From Heptranchias perlo (Eukaryota), in NCBI RefSeq assembly GCF_035084215.1, contig NC_090357.1:4960001-5024000 (forward strand): DNA of 64,000 nt, given 5' to 3'. Under the pieces are notes generated by a model. The model was not told the origin of the DNA, did not search any database, and saw nothing but the letters and a program-made list of their open reading frames with translations. The translations under genes and the position numbers were made by a program. This document shows positions 37,701 to 49,641 of this stretch, one piece after another; within the stretch, counting starts at the first letter, position 1; each line of letters starts with the position of its first letter.

Positions 37701-40700
37701 AGTGGGGGAGATGAGTGGGAGTGGGGGAGATGAGTGGGAGTGGGGGAGGGGAGTGGGAGTGGGGGAGGGAGGGAGAATGGGGGAGGGAGGGAGTGGGAGT
37801 GGGGGAGGGAGTGGGGGAGGGAGTGGGAGTGGGGGAGGGGGAGGGAGAGTGGGGGAGGGAGGGAGTGGGAGTGGGGGAGGGAGAGTGGGGGAGGGAGGGA
37901 GTGGGAATGGGGGAGGGAGTGGGAGTGGGGGAGGGAGTGGGAGTGGGGGAGGGAGGGAGAGTGGGGGAGGGAGGGAGAGTGGGGGAGGAAGGGAGAGTGG
38001 GGGAGGAAGGGAGAGTGGGGGAGGGAGTGGGAGTGGGGGAGGGAGGGATTGGGGGAGGGAGGGAGTGGGAGTGGGGGAGGGAGTGGGAGTGGGGGAGGGA
38101 GGGGGAGTGGGAGTGGGGGAGGAAGGGAGAGTGGGGGAGGGAGGGATTGGGGGAGGGAGGGAGTGGGAGTGGGAGTGGGGGAGGGAGTGGGAGTGGGAGT
38201 GGGGGAGTGAGGGGGAGTGGGGGAGGGAGTGGGAGTGGGGGAGATGAGTGGGAGTGGGGGAGATGAGTGGGAGTGGGGGAGGGAGTGGGAGTGGGGGAGG
38301 GAGGGAGAATGGGGGAGGGAGGGAGTGGGAGTGGGGGAGGGAGTGGGGGAGGGAGTGGGAGTGGGGGAGGGGGAGGGAGAGTGGGGGAGGGAGGGAGTGG
38401 GAGTGGGGGAGGGAGAGTGGGGGAGGGAGGGAGTGGGAATGGGGGAGGGAGTGGGAGTGGGGGGAGGGAGTGGGAGTGGGGGAGGGAGGGAGAGTGGGGG
38501 AGGGAGGGAGAGTGGGGGAGGGAGGGAGTAGGAGTGGGGGAGGGAGGGAGTGGGAGTGGGGGAGGGAGTGGGAGTGGGAGTGGGGGAGGGAGTGGGAGTG
38601 GGGGAGGGAGGGAGAGTGGGGGAGGGAGGGAGTGGGAGTGGGGGAGGGAGTGGGGGAGGGAGTGGGAGTGGGGGAGGGGGAGGGAGAGTGGGGGAGGGAG
38701 AGTGGGGGAGGGAGGGAGTGGGAATGGGGGAGGGAGTGGGAGTGGGGGAGGGAGTGGGAGTGGGGGAGGGAGGGAGAGTGGGGGAGGGAGGGAGAGTGGG
38801 GGAGGAGGGAGTAGGAGTGGGGGAGGGAGGGAGTGGGAGTGGGGGAGGGAGTGGGAGTGGGAGTGGGGAGGGAGTGGGAGTGGGGGAGGGAGGGAGAGTG
38901 GGGGAGGGAGGGGAGTGGGAGTGGGGGAGGGAGTGGGGGAGGGAGTGGGAGTGGGGGAGGGGGAGGGAGAGTGGGGTAGGGAGGGAGTGGGAGTGGGGGA
39001 GGGAGTGGGAGTGGGGGAGGGAGGGGGAGTGGGAGTGGGGGAGGAAGGGAGAGTGGGGGAGGGAGGGATTGGGGGAGGGAGGGAGTGGGAGTGGGAGTGG
39101 GGGAGGGAGTGGGAGTGGGAGTGGGGGAGTGAGGGGGAGTGGGGGAGGGAGTGGGAGTGGGGGAGATGAGTGGGAGTGGGGGAGATGAGTGGGAGTGGGG
39201 GAGGGAGTGGGAGTGGGGGAGGGAGGGAGAATGGGGGAGGGAGGGAGAATGGGGGAGGGAGGGAGTGGGAGTGGGGGAGGGAGTGGGAGTGGGGGAGGGA
39301 GGGGGAGTGGGAGTGGGGGAGGAAGGGAGAGTGGGGGAGGGAGGGATTGGGGGAGGGAGGGAGTGGGAGTGGGAGTGGGGGAGGGAGTGGGAGTGGGAGT
39401 GGGGGAGTGAGGGGGAGTGGGGGAGGGAGTGGGAGTGGGGGAGATGAGTGGGAGTGGGGAGGGAGTGGGAGTGGGGGAGGGAGGGAGAATGGGGGAGGGA
39501 GGGAGTGGGAGTGGGGGAGGGAGTGGGGGAGGGAGTGGGAGTGGGGGAGGGGAGGGAGAGTGGGGGAGGGAGGGAGTGGGAGTGGGGGAGGGAGAGTGGG
39601 GGAGGGAGGGAGTGGGAATGGGGGAGGAGTGGGAGTGGGGAGGGAGTGGGAGTGGGGGAGGGAGGGAGAGTGGGGGAGGGAGGGAGAGTGGGGGAGGAAG
39701 GGAGAGTGGGGGAGGAAGGGAGAGTGGGGGAGGGAGTGGGAGTGGGGGAGGGAGGGATTGGGGGAGGGAGGGAGTGGGAGTGGGGGAGGGAGTGGGAGTG
39801 GGGGAGGGAGGGGGAGTGGGAGTGGGGGAGGAAGGGAGAGTGGGGGAGGGAGGGATTGGGGGAGGAGGGAGTGGGAGTGGGAGTGGGGGAGGGAGTGGGA
39901 GTGGGAGTGGGGGAGTGAGGGGGAGTGGGGGAGGGAGTGGGAGTGGGGGAGATGAGTGGGAGTGGGGGAGATGAGTGGGAGTGGGGGAGGGAGTGGGAGT
40001 GGGGGAGGGAGGGAGAATGGGGGAGGGAGGGAGTGGGAGTGGGGGAGGGAGTGGGGGAGGGAGTGGGAGTGGGGGAGGGGGAGGGAGAGTGGGGGAGGAG
40101 GGAGTGGGAGTGGGGGAGGAGAGTGGGGGAGGGAGGGAGTGGGAATGGGGGAGGGAGTGGGAGTGGGGGAGGGAGTGGGAGTGGGGGAGGGAGGGAGAGT
40201 GGGGGAGGGAGGGAGAGTGGGGGAGGGAGGGAGTAGGAGTGGGGGAGGGAGGGAGTGGGAGTGGGGGAGGGAGTGGGAGTGGGAGTGGGGGAGGGGAGTG
40301 GGAGTGGGGGAGGGAGGGAGAGTGGGGGAGGGAGGGAGTGGGAGTGGGGGAGGGAGTGGGAGTGGGGGAGGGGGAGGGAGAGTGGGGGAGGGAGAGTGGG
40401 GGAGGGAGGGAGTGGGAATGGGGGAGGGAGTGGAGTGGGGGAGGGAGTGGGAGTGGGGGAGGGAGGGAGAGTGGGGGAGGGAGGGAGAGTGGGGGAGGGA
40501 GGGAGTAGGAGTGGGGGAGGGAGGGAGTGGGAGTGGGGGAGGGAGTGGGAGTGGGAGTGGGGGAGGGAGTGGGAGTGGGGGAGGGAGGGAGAGTGGGGAG
40601 GGAGGGAGTGGGAGTGGGGGAGGGAGTGGGAGTGGGGGAGGGAGGGGGAGTGGGAGTGGGGGAGGAAGGGAGAGTGGGGGAGGGAGGGATTGGGGGAGGG

Positions 40701-41598
40701 AGGGAGTGGGAGTGGGAGTGGGGGAGGGAGTGGGAGTGGGAGTGGGGGAGTGAGGGGGAGTGGGGGAGGGAGTGGGAGTGGGGGAGATGAGTGGGAGTGG
40801 GGGAGATGAGTGGGAGTGGGGGAGGGAGTGGGAGTGGGGGAGGGAGGGAGAATGGGGGAGGGAGGGAGAATGGGGGAGGGAGGGAGTGGGAGTGGGGGAG
40901 GGAGTGGGGGAAAGAGTGGGAGTGGGGGAGGGGGAGGGAGAGTGGGGGAGGGAGGGAGTGGGAGTGGGGGAGGGAGAGTGGGGGAGGGAGGGAGTGGGAA
41001 TGGGGGAGGGAGTGGGAGTGGGGGAGGGAGTGGGAGTGGGGGAGGGAGGGAGAGTGGGGGAGGGAGGGAGAGTGGGGGAGGGAGGGAGTAGGAGTGGGGG
41101 AGGGAGGGAGTGGGAGTGGGGGAGGGAGTGGGAGTGGGAGTGGGGGAGGGAGTGGGAGTGGGGGAGGGAGGGAGAGTGGGGGAGGGAGGGAGTGGGAGTG
41201 GGGGAGGGAGTGGGGGAGGGAGTGGGAGTGGGGAGGGGGAGGGAGAGTGGGGTAGGGAGGGAGTGGGAGTGGGGGAGGGAGAGTGGGGGAGGGAGGGAGT
41301 GGGAATGGGGGAGGGAGTGGGAGTGGGGGAGGGAGTGGGAGTGGGGGAGGGAGGGAGAGTGGGGGAGGGAGGGAGAGTGGGGGAGGGAGGGAGTAGGAGT
41401 GGGGGAGGGAGGGAGTGGGAGTGGGGGAGGGAGTGGGAGTGGGAGTGGGGGAGGGAGTGGGAGTGGGGGAGGGAGGGAGAGTGGGGGAGGGAGGGAGTGG
41501 GAGTGGGGGAGGGAGGGAGTGGGAGTGGGGGAGGGAGTGGGAGTGGGAGTGGGGGAGGGAGTGGGAGCGGGGGAAGGGAGTGGGAGCGGGGGAGGGAA
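31783..41598. repeat. ~9.8-kb G-rich, C-poor satellite (GGGAGT / GGGGGAGGGA motifs) in SCN2B intron 1
   Basis: The + strand is almost entirely G/A with interspersed T. Recurrent marker GAGATGAGTGGGAGTGGGGGAGATGAGT at ~33513, 37709, 38242, 39164, 39950 and 40785. Confidence 0.95.
37014..37213. other. Assembly gap (200 N)
   Basis: Run of exactly 200 N inside the satellite. Confidence 0.99.
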
Positions 41599-42030
41599 GT
41601 CAAAGCAGCATCATTCTGTAGCCGAGCTCCAGCACAGTGATGCTGAGTGTTTATTGCAATTCCCGTCCCTTTGAATCTTTGCCACATTATTTGACTAAAT
41701 ATAGTTTGTATCTTGTTTATGCCTGTTCTATTTGTTGAGCTGGATTCTAGAAGTAAAAGCAGAGATGAATGTTTCAGGGGAGGTGTTGCAGAGTGCGGGA
41801 GTGAACTCCATATCAACGAGTGCCGCTGTGGGACAGACCGCAGTTGTTTTTAATGCAGAATCATAGGAACAGAAGGAGGCCATTCAGCCCCTCGGGCCTG
41901 TTCCGCCATTCAATGAGATCATGGCTGATCTGTATCCTAACTCCATCCACCCGCCTGGGTGAGGGGTCCAGGTGCTGATTGCAGGACACTAACAAAACTG
42001 AAAAATAAAAAGACCAGGTAAACCAGGAAG

Positions 42031-42355
42031 TCTTTTAGGTGAGACATTAAACCGAGGCTCTGTCTGCCCTCTCAGGTGGACATAAAAGATCCCATGGCCA
42101 CTATTTCGAAGAAGAGCAGGGGAGTTCTCCCCGGTGTCCTGGCCAATATTTATCCCTCAACCAATACCACTAAAAACAGATTATCTGGTCATTATCACAT
42201 TGCTGTTTGTGGGATCTTGCTGTGCGCAAATTGGCTGCCGCGTTTCCTACATTACAACAGTGACTACACTTCAAAAGTACTTCATTGGCTGTAAAGCGCT
42301 TTGGGACGTCCTGAGGTTGTGAAAAGCACTATAAAAATGCAAGTCTTTCTTTCTT
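42031..42355 (+). mobile_element. DeuSINE, 5'-truncated
   Basis: Body and tail match the family. Confidence 0.8.
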
Positions 42356-42639
42356 TAATGATTATCCGACACCAAGCTTGGTTTTTAAAAGTCTGTAGGA
42401 GGAAATGTAAGTATGATGTTCCACAGTTTTGAAATAAAAATGCTCACGTCAGGTCCTGTTACTGACCAAAAATCTCTAATTAGCTAAAAGAGTTTAACAG
42501 GCACACGCGACAGAGCTCACAGACCGAGCTGGTGACTTATACAATAACAACCCCAGGAACTGCTCACCAGACAGCATCATCTCAGAGACCACTAGGAGAC
42601 TGTCGCCAAATTACCTTTACCCAGACACAGGTCTAGAAC

Positions 42640-42940
42640 TGGTCCCCCTGTGTTTCTATGTGACTGGCTCCCCCCTGTGTCTATGTAACTGGATCCCCTG
42701 TGTGTCTCTTAACTGATTCCCCCCTGTGTCTATGGAACTGGATCCCCTGTGTGTCTCTTAACTGATTCCCCCCTGTGTCTATGGAACTGGATCCCCTGTG
42801 TGTCTCTTAACTAGCTCCCCCCTGTGTCTATGTAACTAACTCCCCTGTGTGTCTATGTAACTGGGTTGTCCCTGTGTGTCTGTAATTGGGTTCCCCTGTA
42901 TCTGTCTGTAACTGGATCCCCTGTGTGTCTCTGTATCTGG
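42640..42940. repeat. ~20-21-bp degenerate tandem repeat (AACTGGATCCCCTGTGTGTCTCT-like)
   Basis: Roughly a dozen visible tandem units. Confidence 0.85.
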
Positions 42941-43310
42941 ATAAACAATTTCCTTTGCTTTTATTAATCCCTCGGTGTTTCTGCAATTGATGAACTGAGG
43001 ATTAAGACCGAGTCCTGAACTTACAAACCAACAGTTTTCTCCAGTTCTCTTCCTCACGACACGGGTTCTCCCTCAGGGCAACATTCCACGGGCACTGTCT
43101 GCCCTCCAGCACCTCACCCAAGTAACCATTCTTCATGTGTGACCACAGACAATGAGTGGCAACAGGAAATTCCACTGTGGGGGCATCGCCACACCAGATC
43201 TGGTCCTGAGGCAAAAGCTTCCAGTAGGAGAGGGGCTCAGTGAATAACAATCAGTAGCAGGAACAATGGCTGATTTCCCCCCCCCCCTCATTAACATTGT
43301 CTATTGTGCT

Positions 43311-43449
43311 ACACTGTCCGATCAAACACTCCCAGGGCAGGTACAGGGTTAGATATAGAGTAAAGCTCCCTCTACACTGTCCCATCAAACACTCCCAGGG
43401 CAGGTACAGGGTTAGATACAGAGTAAAGCTCCCTTTACACTGTCCCATT
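43311..43449 (-). repeat. 65-bp-family minisatellite, about 2 units, inverted
   Basis: Reverse complement of the 30645 unit. Confidence 0.88.
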
Positions 43450-43749
43450 AACGTGCTTTAATCCTCAATCCCAGCAAAGCATTCCCTACCCCACAGCGCC
43501 ATTCCCATTTCCAACATCACCCATCCTTGCATCTCTCTGAACAAGATTGAGGTTTGGAATGTGGTGCCAAATTAGTCCTGAATTACAGGCAGTTTTGTGT
43601 TCTGGCCCAGAGTCCACCAGCGGCTGCCCGAATTCTATTCACCTGGAATCCCTACAGCCAACAGAGAGAAGAGTTTTCGAGCCCATCCTTCTAAGCTAGT
43701 TTTGAACACGTGTAGCAAAGATGAACAGACAAAGCTTTAACCAACTGTT

Positions 43750-43968
43750 AGGCCCTAAGCTCTGGAATTCCCTCCCTAAATCTCTCCGCCCCTCTCTCCT
43801 ACTTTAAGACGCTTCTTAAAACCTACCTCTTTGACCAAGCTTTTGGCCACCTGTCCTAATATCTCCATCTTTGGCCCGGTGTCAATTTATATCGTCTGAT
43901 TACGCTCCTGTGAAGCGACTTGGGACGTGTTACTATGTTGAAGACACTACATAAATGCAAGTTGTTTT
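43750..43968 (+). mobile_element. L2 3' end
   Basis: GGCCCTAAGCTCTGGAATTCCCTCCCTAAA...AAATGCAAGTTGTT. Confidence 0.8.
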
Positions 43969-44242
43969 TGGCTAAATGCAAGAAAATTTGCTGTATGTTT
44001 CCTCCGAAGTGTATCGCCAACCAGTAGCTCAATCAGCGAGTATGGCTGGTGTAGAAAGTAGGAATGTCACTGGTTCTAAGCTGTGCAGTTCCTGACCCAG
44101 AGAGCTTGGCAAGAGTGAGCAAGGTTAGAAAAGTTTCATTCCCCTCACAGGATGGTGAGTGTGTGGAACAGACTGCCAGAGGATTCAGGGTCAGTGACAT
44201 CTTTAAAAAGGAAAGATATCAACATCTGTCGAGAAAGGTAGA

Positions 44243-44840
44243 AAGGGTTAGAGAGATATTGACCGATCAATTTGGTTCCGAGGAGGGGGGACGGAGTGAA
44301 CGAGGGTTAGAGAGATATTGATCGATCAATTTGGTTCTGAGGAGGGGGAAGGGACTGAATGAGGGGTAGAGAGATATCGATCGATCAGTTTGATTCTGGG
44401 GAGGGGGATAGGGAGTAATTGAAGGTTAGAGAGATATCGATCGATCAGTTTGATTCCGGGGAGGGGGATAGGGAGTAATTGAAGGTTAGAGAGATATCGA
44501 TCGATCAGTTTGATTCCGGGGAGGGGGATAGGGAGTAATTGAAGGTTAGAGAGATATCGATCGATCAGTTTGATTCCGGGGAGGGGGATAGGGAGTAATT
44601 GAAGGTTAGAGAGATATCGATCGATCAGTTTGGTTCCGGGAGTGGGGGATAGGGAGTAATTGAAGGTTAGAGAGATATTGATTGATCAGTTTGATTCTGG
44701 GGAGGGGGATAGGGAGTAATTGAAGGTTAGAGAGATATCGATCGATCAGTTTGGTTCCGGGGAGGGGGATAGGGAGTAATTGAAGGTTAGAGAGATATCG
44801 ATTGATCAGTTTGATTCCGGGGAGGGGGATGGAGTGAATG
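44243..44840. repeat. 60-bp minisatellite GAAGGTTAGAGAGATATCGATCGATCAGTTTGATTCCGGGGAGGGGGATAGGGAGTAATT, about 10 units
   Basis: Consecutive 60-nt lines 44401-44640 are near-identical. Confidence 0.95.
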
Positions 44841-45399
44841 AGTGATGTAGGCCGGCATAGACCATGGAAGGAGTTGAATTGGTGACCCTATGCCTAACTC
44901 TCGTTCCAAGCTTTCTTGCATTCTTCGAGGATTTACCTATCAGACCGATAATCGGGAAAAGAATCTACTCCCATAACCATAACATGCGTTAGCAAAAATA
45001 ATTTAGCATTTTGGTTGCAAATTCTCATTTAATTATTGAATTATTAAAAATTGCAACATGAATTGCAGTCGATGAAGAGTTTTGTTGTAACTTTTGATTT
45101 AAACACTTTTAAAAAAAGAGCTTTGATCTTCGGATGTGGGCGTCCTGGCAAGGCCAGCATTTTATTGCCCGTCCATAGTTTCCCTGAGAAGGCGGTGGGC
45201 CTTCTCCTTGAACTACTGAGTTCCTTATGAAGATGGCGTTCCCACGATGGTATTAGTTTATTCAACCCTTAGTGTAATTGTTTGAGATCATATTCATTTC
45301 AAACTATAGTGTGTCAGGAATTGGTGCCACAGGACTCAATGTTGCAATTATTCATCCAGTCCACCAGATGGTGGTGGTATGAACTTTTGGGAGGAGTAA

Positions 45400-47178
45400 A
45401 GAAATAAAGAAAGAACTTGCATTTAAACAGTGCCTTTCATTACCTTAGGTCGTCCCAAAATGCTTTTGAAGTGTAGTTACTGTTGTAATGTAGGAAACAT
45501 AACAGCCAATTTGCACACAGCAAGATCCCACAAGCAACAATGAGATAATGACCAGATAATCTGTTTTAGTGATGTTAGTTGAGGGATAAATATTGACCAG
45601 GACACTGGGGAGAACTAAGAACATAAGAAATAGGAGCAGGAGTAGGCCAATCGGCCCCTCGAGCCTGCTCCGCCATTCAATAAGATCATGGCTGATCTGA
45701 TCCTAATCTCAAATCTAAATTCATGTCCAATTTCCTGCCCGCTCCCCGTAACCCCTAATTCCCTTTACTTCTAGGAAACTGTCTATTTCTGTTTTAAATT
45801 TATTTAATGATGTAGCTTCCACAGCTTCCTGGGGCAGCAAATTCCACAGACCTACTACCCTCTGAGTGAAGAAGTTTCTCCTCATCTCAGTTTTGAAAGA
45901 GCAGCCCTTTATAGAAAGGATATTATTAAACTAGAAAGAGTGCAGAAAAGATTTACTAGGATGCTACCGGGACTTGATGGTTTGACTTATAGGGAGAGGT
46001 TGGATAGACTGAGACTTTTTTCCCTGGAGAGTAGGAGGTTTAGGGGTGATCTTATAGAAGTCTATAAAATAATGAGGGGCATAGATAAGGTAGATAGTCA
46101 AAATCTTTTCCCAAAGGTAGGGGAGTCTATAACGAGGGGGCATAGATTTAAGGTGAGAGGGGAGAGATACAAAAGGGTCCAGAGGGGCAATTTTTTCACT
46201 CAAAGGGTGGTGAGTGTCTGGAACGAGCTGCCAGAGGCAGTAGTAGAGGCGGGTACAATTTTGTCTTTTAAAAAGCATTTGGACAGTTACATGGGTAAGA
46301 TGGGTATAGAGGGATATGGGCCAAGTGCAGGCAATTGGGACTAGCTTAGTGGTATAAACTGGGCGACATGGACATGTTGGGCCGAAGGGCCTGTTTCCAT
46401 GTTGTAAACTTCTATGATTCTATGATTCTAAGATTATGCCCCCTAGTTCTAGTTTCACCCATCCTTGGGAACATCCTTACCGCATCCACCCGATCAAGCC
46501 CCTTCACAATCTTATATGTTTCAATAAGATCGCCTCTCATTCTTCTGAACTCCAATGAGTAGAGTCCCAATCTACTCAACCTCTCCTCATATGTCCGCCC
46601 CCTCATCCCCGGGATTAACCGAGTGAACCTTCTTTGTACTGCCTCGAGAGCAAGTATGTATTTTCTTAAGTATGGAGACCAAAACTGTATGCAGTATTCC
46701 AGGTGCGGTCTCACCAATACCTTATATAACTGCAGCAATACCTCCCTGTTTTTATATTCTATCCCCCTGGCAATAAAAGCCAACATTCCGTTGGCCTTCT
46801 TGATCACCTGCTGCACCTGCATACTAACCTTTTGATCTTCTTGCACTAGGACCCCCAGATCCCTTTGTACTGCAGTACTTTCCAGTTTCTCGCCATTAAG
46901 ATAATAACTTGCTGTCTGATTTTTCCTGCCAAAGTGCATAACCTCTACTTTTCTTCAAAATAGTTCCATGGGATCGTTTACATCCACCTGAGAGGGCAGA
47001 CGGGGCCTCAGTTTAATGTCTCATCCAAAAGACGGCACCTCCGACAGTGCAGCACTCCCTCAGTACTGCACTGGGAGTATCAGCCTGATTATGTGGTCAA
47101 GCCTCTGGAGTGGGATTTAAACCCACAACCTTCTAACTCAGAGGTGGGAGTGTTACCCACTGACCCACAGCTAATACC
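45400..47178 (-). mobile_element. DeuSINE containing a CR1 (45617-46945, -) that contains another CR1 (45913-46430, +)
   Basis: The SINE breaks at GGGGAGAACT (45616) and resumes at ~46946. ORFs 46412-46939 (-) and 45940-46344 (+) are CR1 ORF2 C-termini. Confidence 0.85.
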
Positions 47179-47494
47179 CGAGTACGGATATTGCTCAGTG
47201 TAACTGGGCCATGTTATTATGGAGCCAGATAGTATATCCCACCTGGGATTTTTTAAATACATAATTTAGATCTATATTTCAATATTGCTTCAGAATTCAG
47301 ACATGAAGAATTAACAAATTTTTGGGCTGGCTTGGGTTTCTCTAGTCAAGTCATTGGGTGACATTTATTGGGGGTGTAGTGGATAATTTTGTAGACTAAC
47401 TGATCACTTGGGCAGAGCTGTCAATGCCAGGCAACCCCCAGGTGTGGGATTTTAAGTCACAAGCCGTCTATTTGATACCAGAGATGATAGACTT

Positions 47495-48305
47495 CAACAA
47501 CAACAACTTGCATTTATATAGCGCCTTTAACGTAGTAAAAACGTCCCAAGGCGCTTCACTGGAGCGTTTGACACTGCGCTACATATTAGGACAGGTGACC
47601 AAAAACTTGATCAAAGAGGTAGGTTTTAAGGAGCGTCTTAAAGGAGGAGAGAGGTAGAGAGTTTGAGGAATTAACACAGCCGCCAATGGCAGAGTGTTGA
47701 AAATCGGGGCATGCCAAAAATGCAAGAGGCCAGAATTGGAGGAGCGCAGAGATCTCGGAGGGTTGTAGGGCTGGAGGAGGTTACAGGGATAGGGAGGGGC
47801 GAGGCCATGGAGGGATTTGAAAACAAAGATGAGAATTTTAAAACTGAGGCACTGCCGGACTGGGAGCCAACTTCAGTTATGTGGAGAGGCTGGAGAAGCT
47901 GGGATTATTCTCCTTAGAGCAGAAAAAGTTAAGGAGTGATTTAATAGAGGTGTTCAAAATTAGGAGGGGTTTTGATAGAGTGCGTAGGGAGAAACTGTTT
48001 CCACTGGCAGGAGGGTCGGTAACCAGAGGACACAGATTTAAGATAATTGGCAAAAGGACCAGAGGGGAGTGAGAATTTTTTTTACACAGCAAGTTGTTAT
48101 GATCTGGAATGCGCTGCCTGAAAGGGCGGTGGAAGCAGATTCAATAGTAACTTTCAAAAGGGAATTGGATAAATACTTGAAAAGGAAAAATTTGCAGGGC
48201 TATGGGGAAAGAGCAGGGGAGAGTAGGACTAATGGATAACTCTTTCAAAGAGCCGGCACAGGTACAATGAGCCAAATGGCCCCCTTCTGCGCTGTATGAT
48301 TTTAT
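47495..48305. mobile_element. L2 3' end (-, 47495-47868) abutting a CR1 3' fragment (+, 47869-48305)
   Basis: L2 tail, then ORF 47881-48072 ERLEKLGLFSLEQ. Confidence 0.8.
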
Positions 48306-49562
48306 GATAATACTGCACCCTTCAGTATAGTACAATCATAGGATTAGTAAATTCTCCTCCTGGTCTCCCTTCTCCTACGTTTCTCATTCTAACTGGCTGT
48401 GGGATTTGCAGGTATTTCTGGTCTCTCTCTCACTCACTCTAACAAGGCCCATAGCATCAATACAGATTTTCACTTGGGCCATGGATACCGGACATCCTCA
48501 ACTCCATAGCGTTCTCGAGCCTTCCCCACGGAACTGAACATCTGCTTCTCATCACTGGGCAGGATCAGCTGTGATCCTACCATGGCCAAATAGCCAAGCT
48601 CCAAAAGCTACAGATTGTGAAATCTCTTTGCAGACTATGGAAAGCAGTTCGTGTCTCTCAACTCATCATCTGGTCTCCCCCTCCCCATTCATTTTAGACA
48701 GCCCCTACAACGCGGCCTTTCCCTCCCTGTCTGAGCCAGTTCAAAGAATTAACTTATCTTTCCTCTCTCTCTACAGATGCCGACCAGATGTGTTGTGCGT
48801 TTCCAGCATTTTCATATTTTTATTTCAGGATTCCCAGAGTTGACAGGAATTCATTTTATTTTCTCCCCCCTAGAGACACCAATTCTATAGCTCCGTCTTT
48901 TCACACAACCATTCCCAACTCCCATTCTGGAAGGGGAAGGGGGAGATGCGGGAGGAAATATTAATTCAGGGAAAACAATAATCAGCGATAGTTGGGACAT
49001 CCCATTGCATAGCAGCAGACAGCACTGGCTGCTGACTCTCCCTTCCCTTGAGGGAGACATGAGAAGATTGGTGACCAGGATAAAACACTGCTGATGATAA
49101 GGACATTTTGACACACCCAGTAAGAGCCTTGGGAGAGGGGGAGCTCTCCATTTCACCCTGTATGTTTATGTATAAAAATATTAAATAATCCCGAGTGAGT
49201 TAGTTCACATCAACAATATCAATGAGAGAACAACACTGCATCAAAAAAAATCTGTTTTAACATATGCAATAAACACCATTGTCTGTCTGAAAAGAATAAA
49301 TATATAAATACAGCAGACAATAAAGTGGGATTCCCAATCCCTATAGAGCAGGATCGTTCACACATCCAGTGACAGGTAATCTAATATTACACAAAACCTT
49401 TGCTTAATTTTATTTTTCTTTCTCTCTGCTAAAAGGGGGAGAGATGGCATTCTCTGTTTTGGCAGTTCTCGCTGATTCAAACTGGACTCTCTCCTCTCCC
49501 CGTTGATTTCTTGTTTTTTTGTTAAAAAGCTGGCAAAATGCAATGAATGGTTTGCAACTTAC

Positions 49563-49641
49563 CCCAGCCGCTGGACAGGAGCATCAGTCCGACCAAGCCG
49601 AGATGGAGCAGAGATGGAGCAGATCTGACATTAACTTTCAT
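49563..49641 (-). CDS. SCN2B: SCN2B coding exon 1 (signal peptide)
   Basis: ATG at 49641 reads MKVNVRSAPSLLHLGLVGLMLLSSGW and ends at a phase-1 donor TGGG|GTAAGT. It joins exon 2 in frame (G+TC=Val), giving a 657-nt CDS of 218 aa, and sits in unique non-repeat sequence. Confidence 0.8.

Noticed and set aside
31783-41598. Immunoglobulin switch-region or telomere-like array
   Set aside because: It lacks dense AGCT/WGCW motifs and TTAGGG units, and no Ig constant exons are nearby.
31941-41816. 3291-aa Pro-rich ORF and dozens of Gly/Glu-rich ORFs (extensin- or formin-like appearance)
   Set aside because: By-product of a low-complexity satellite that rarely generates stop codons. It spans an N gap, is open in several frames, and is intronic to SCN2B.
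41965-41980. REST/RE1 site (GTCCAGGTGCTGA; half-site also near 60996)
   Set aside because: Wrong spacing or only one half-site.
44243-44840. CRISPR-like regular repeats (also the 45-, 65- and 69-bp arrays)
   Set aside because: These are head-to-tail units with no unique spacers and no cas genes, in a vertebrate context.
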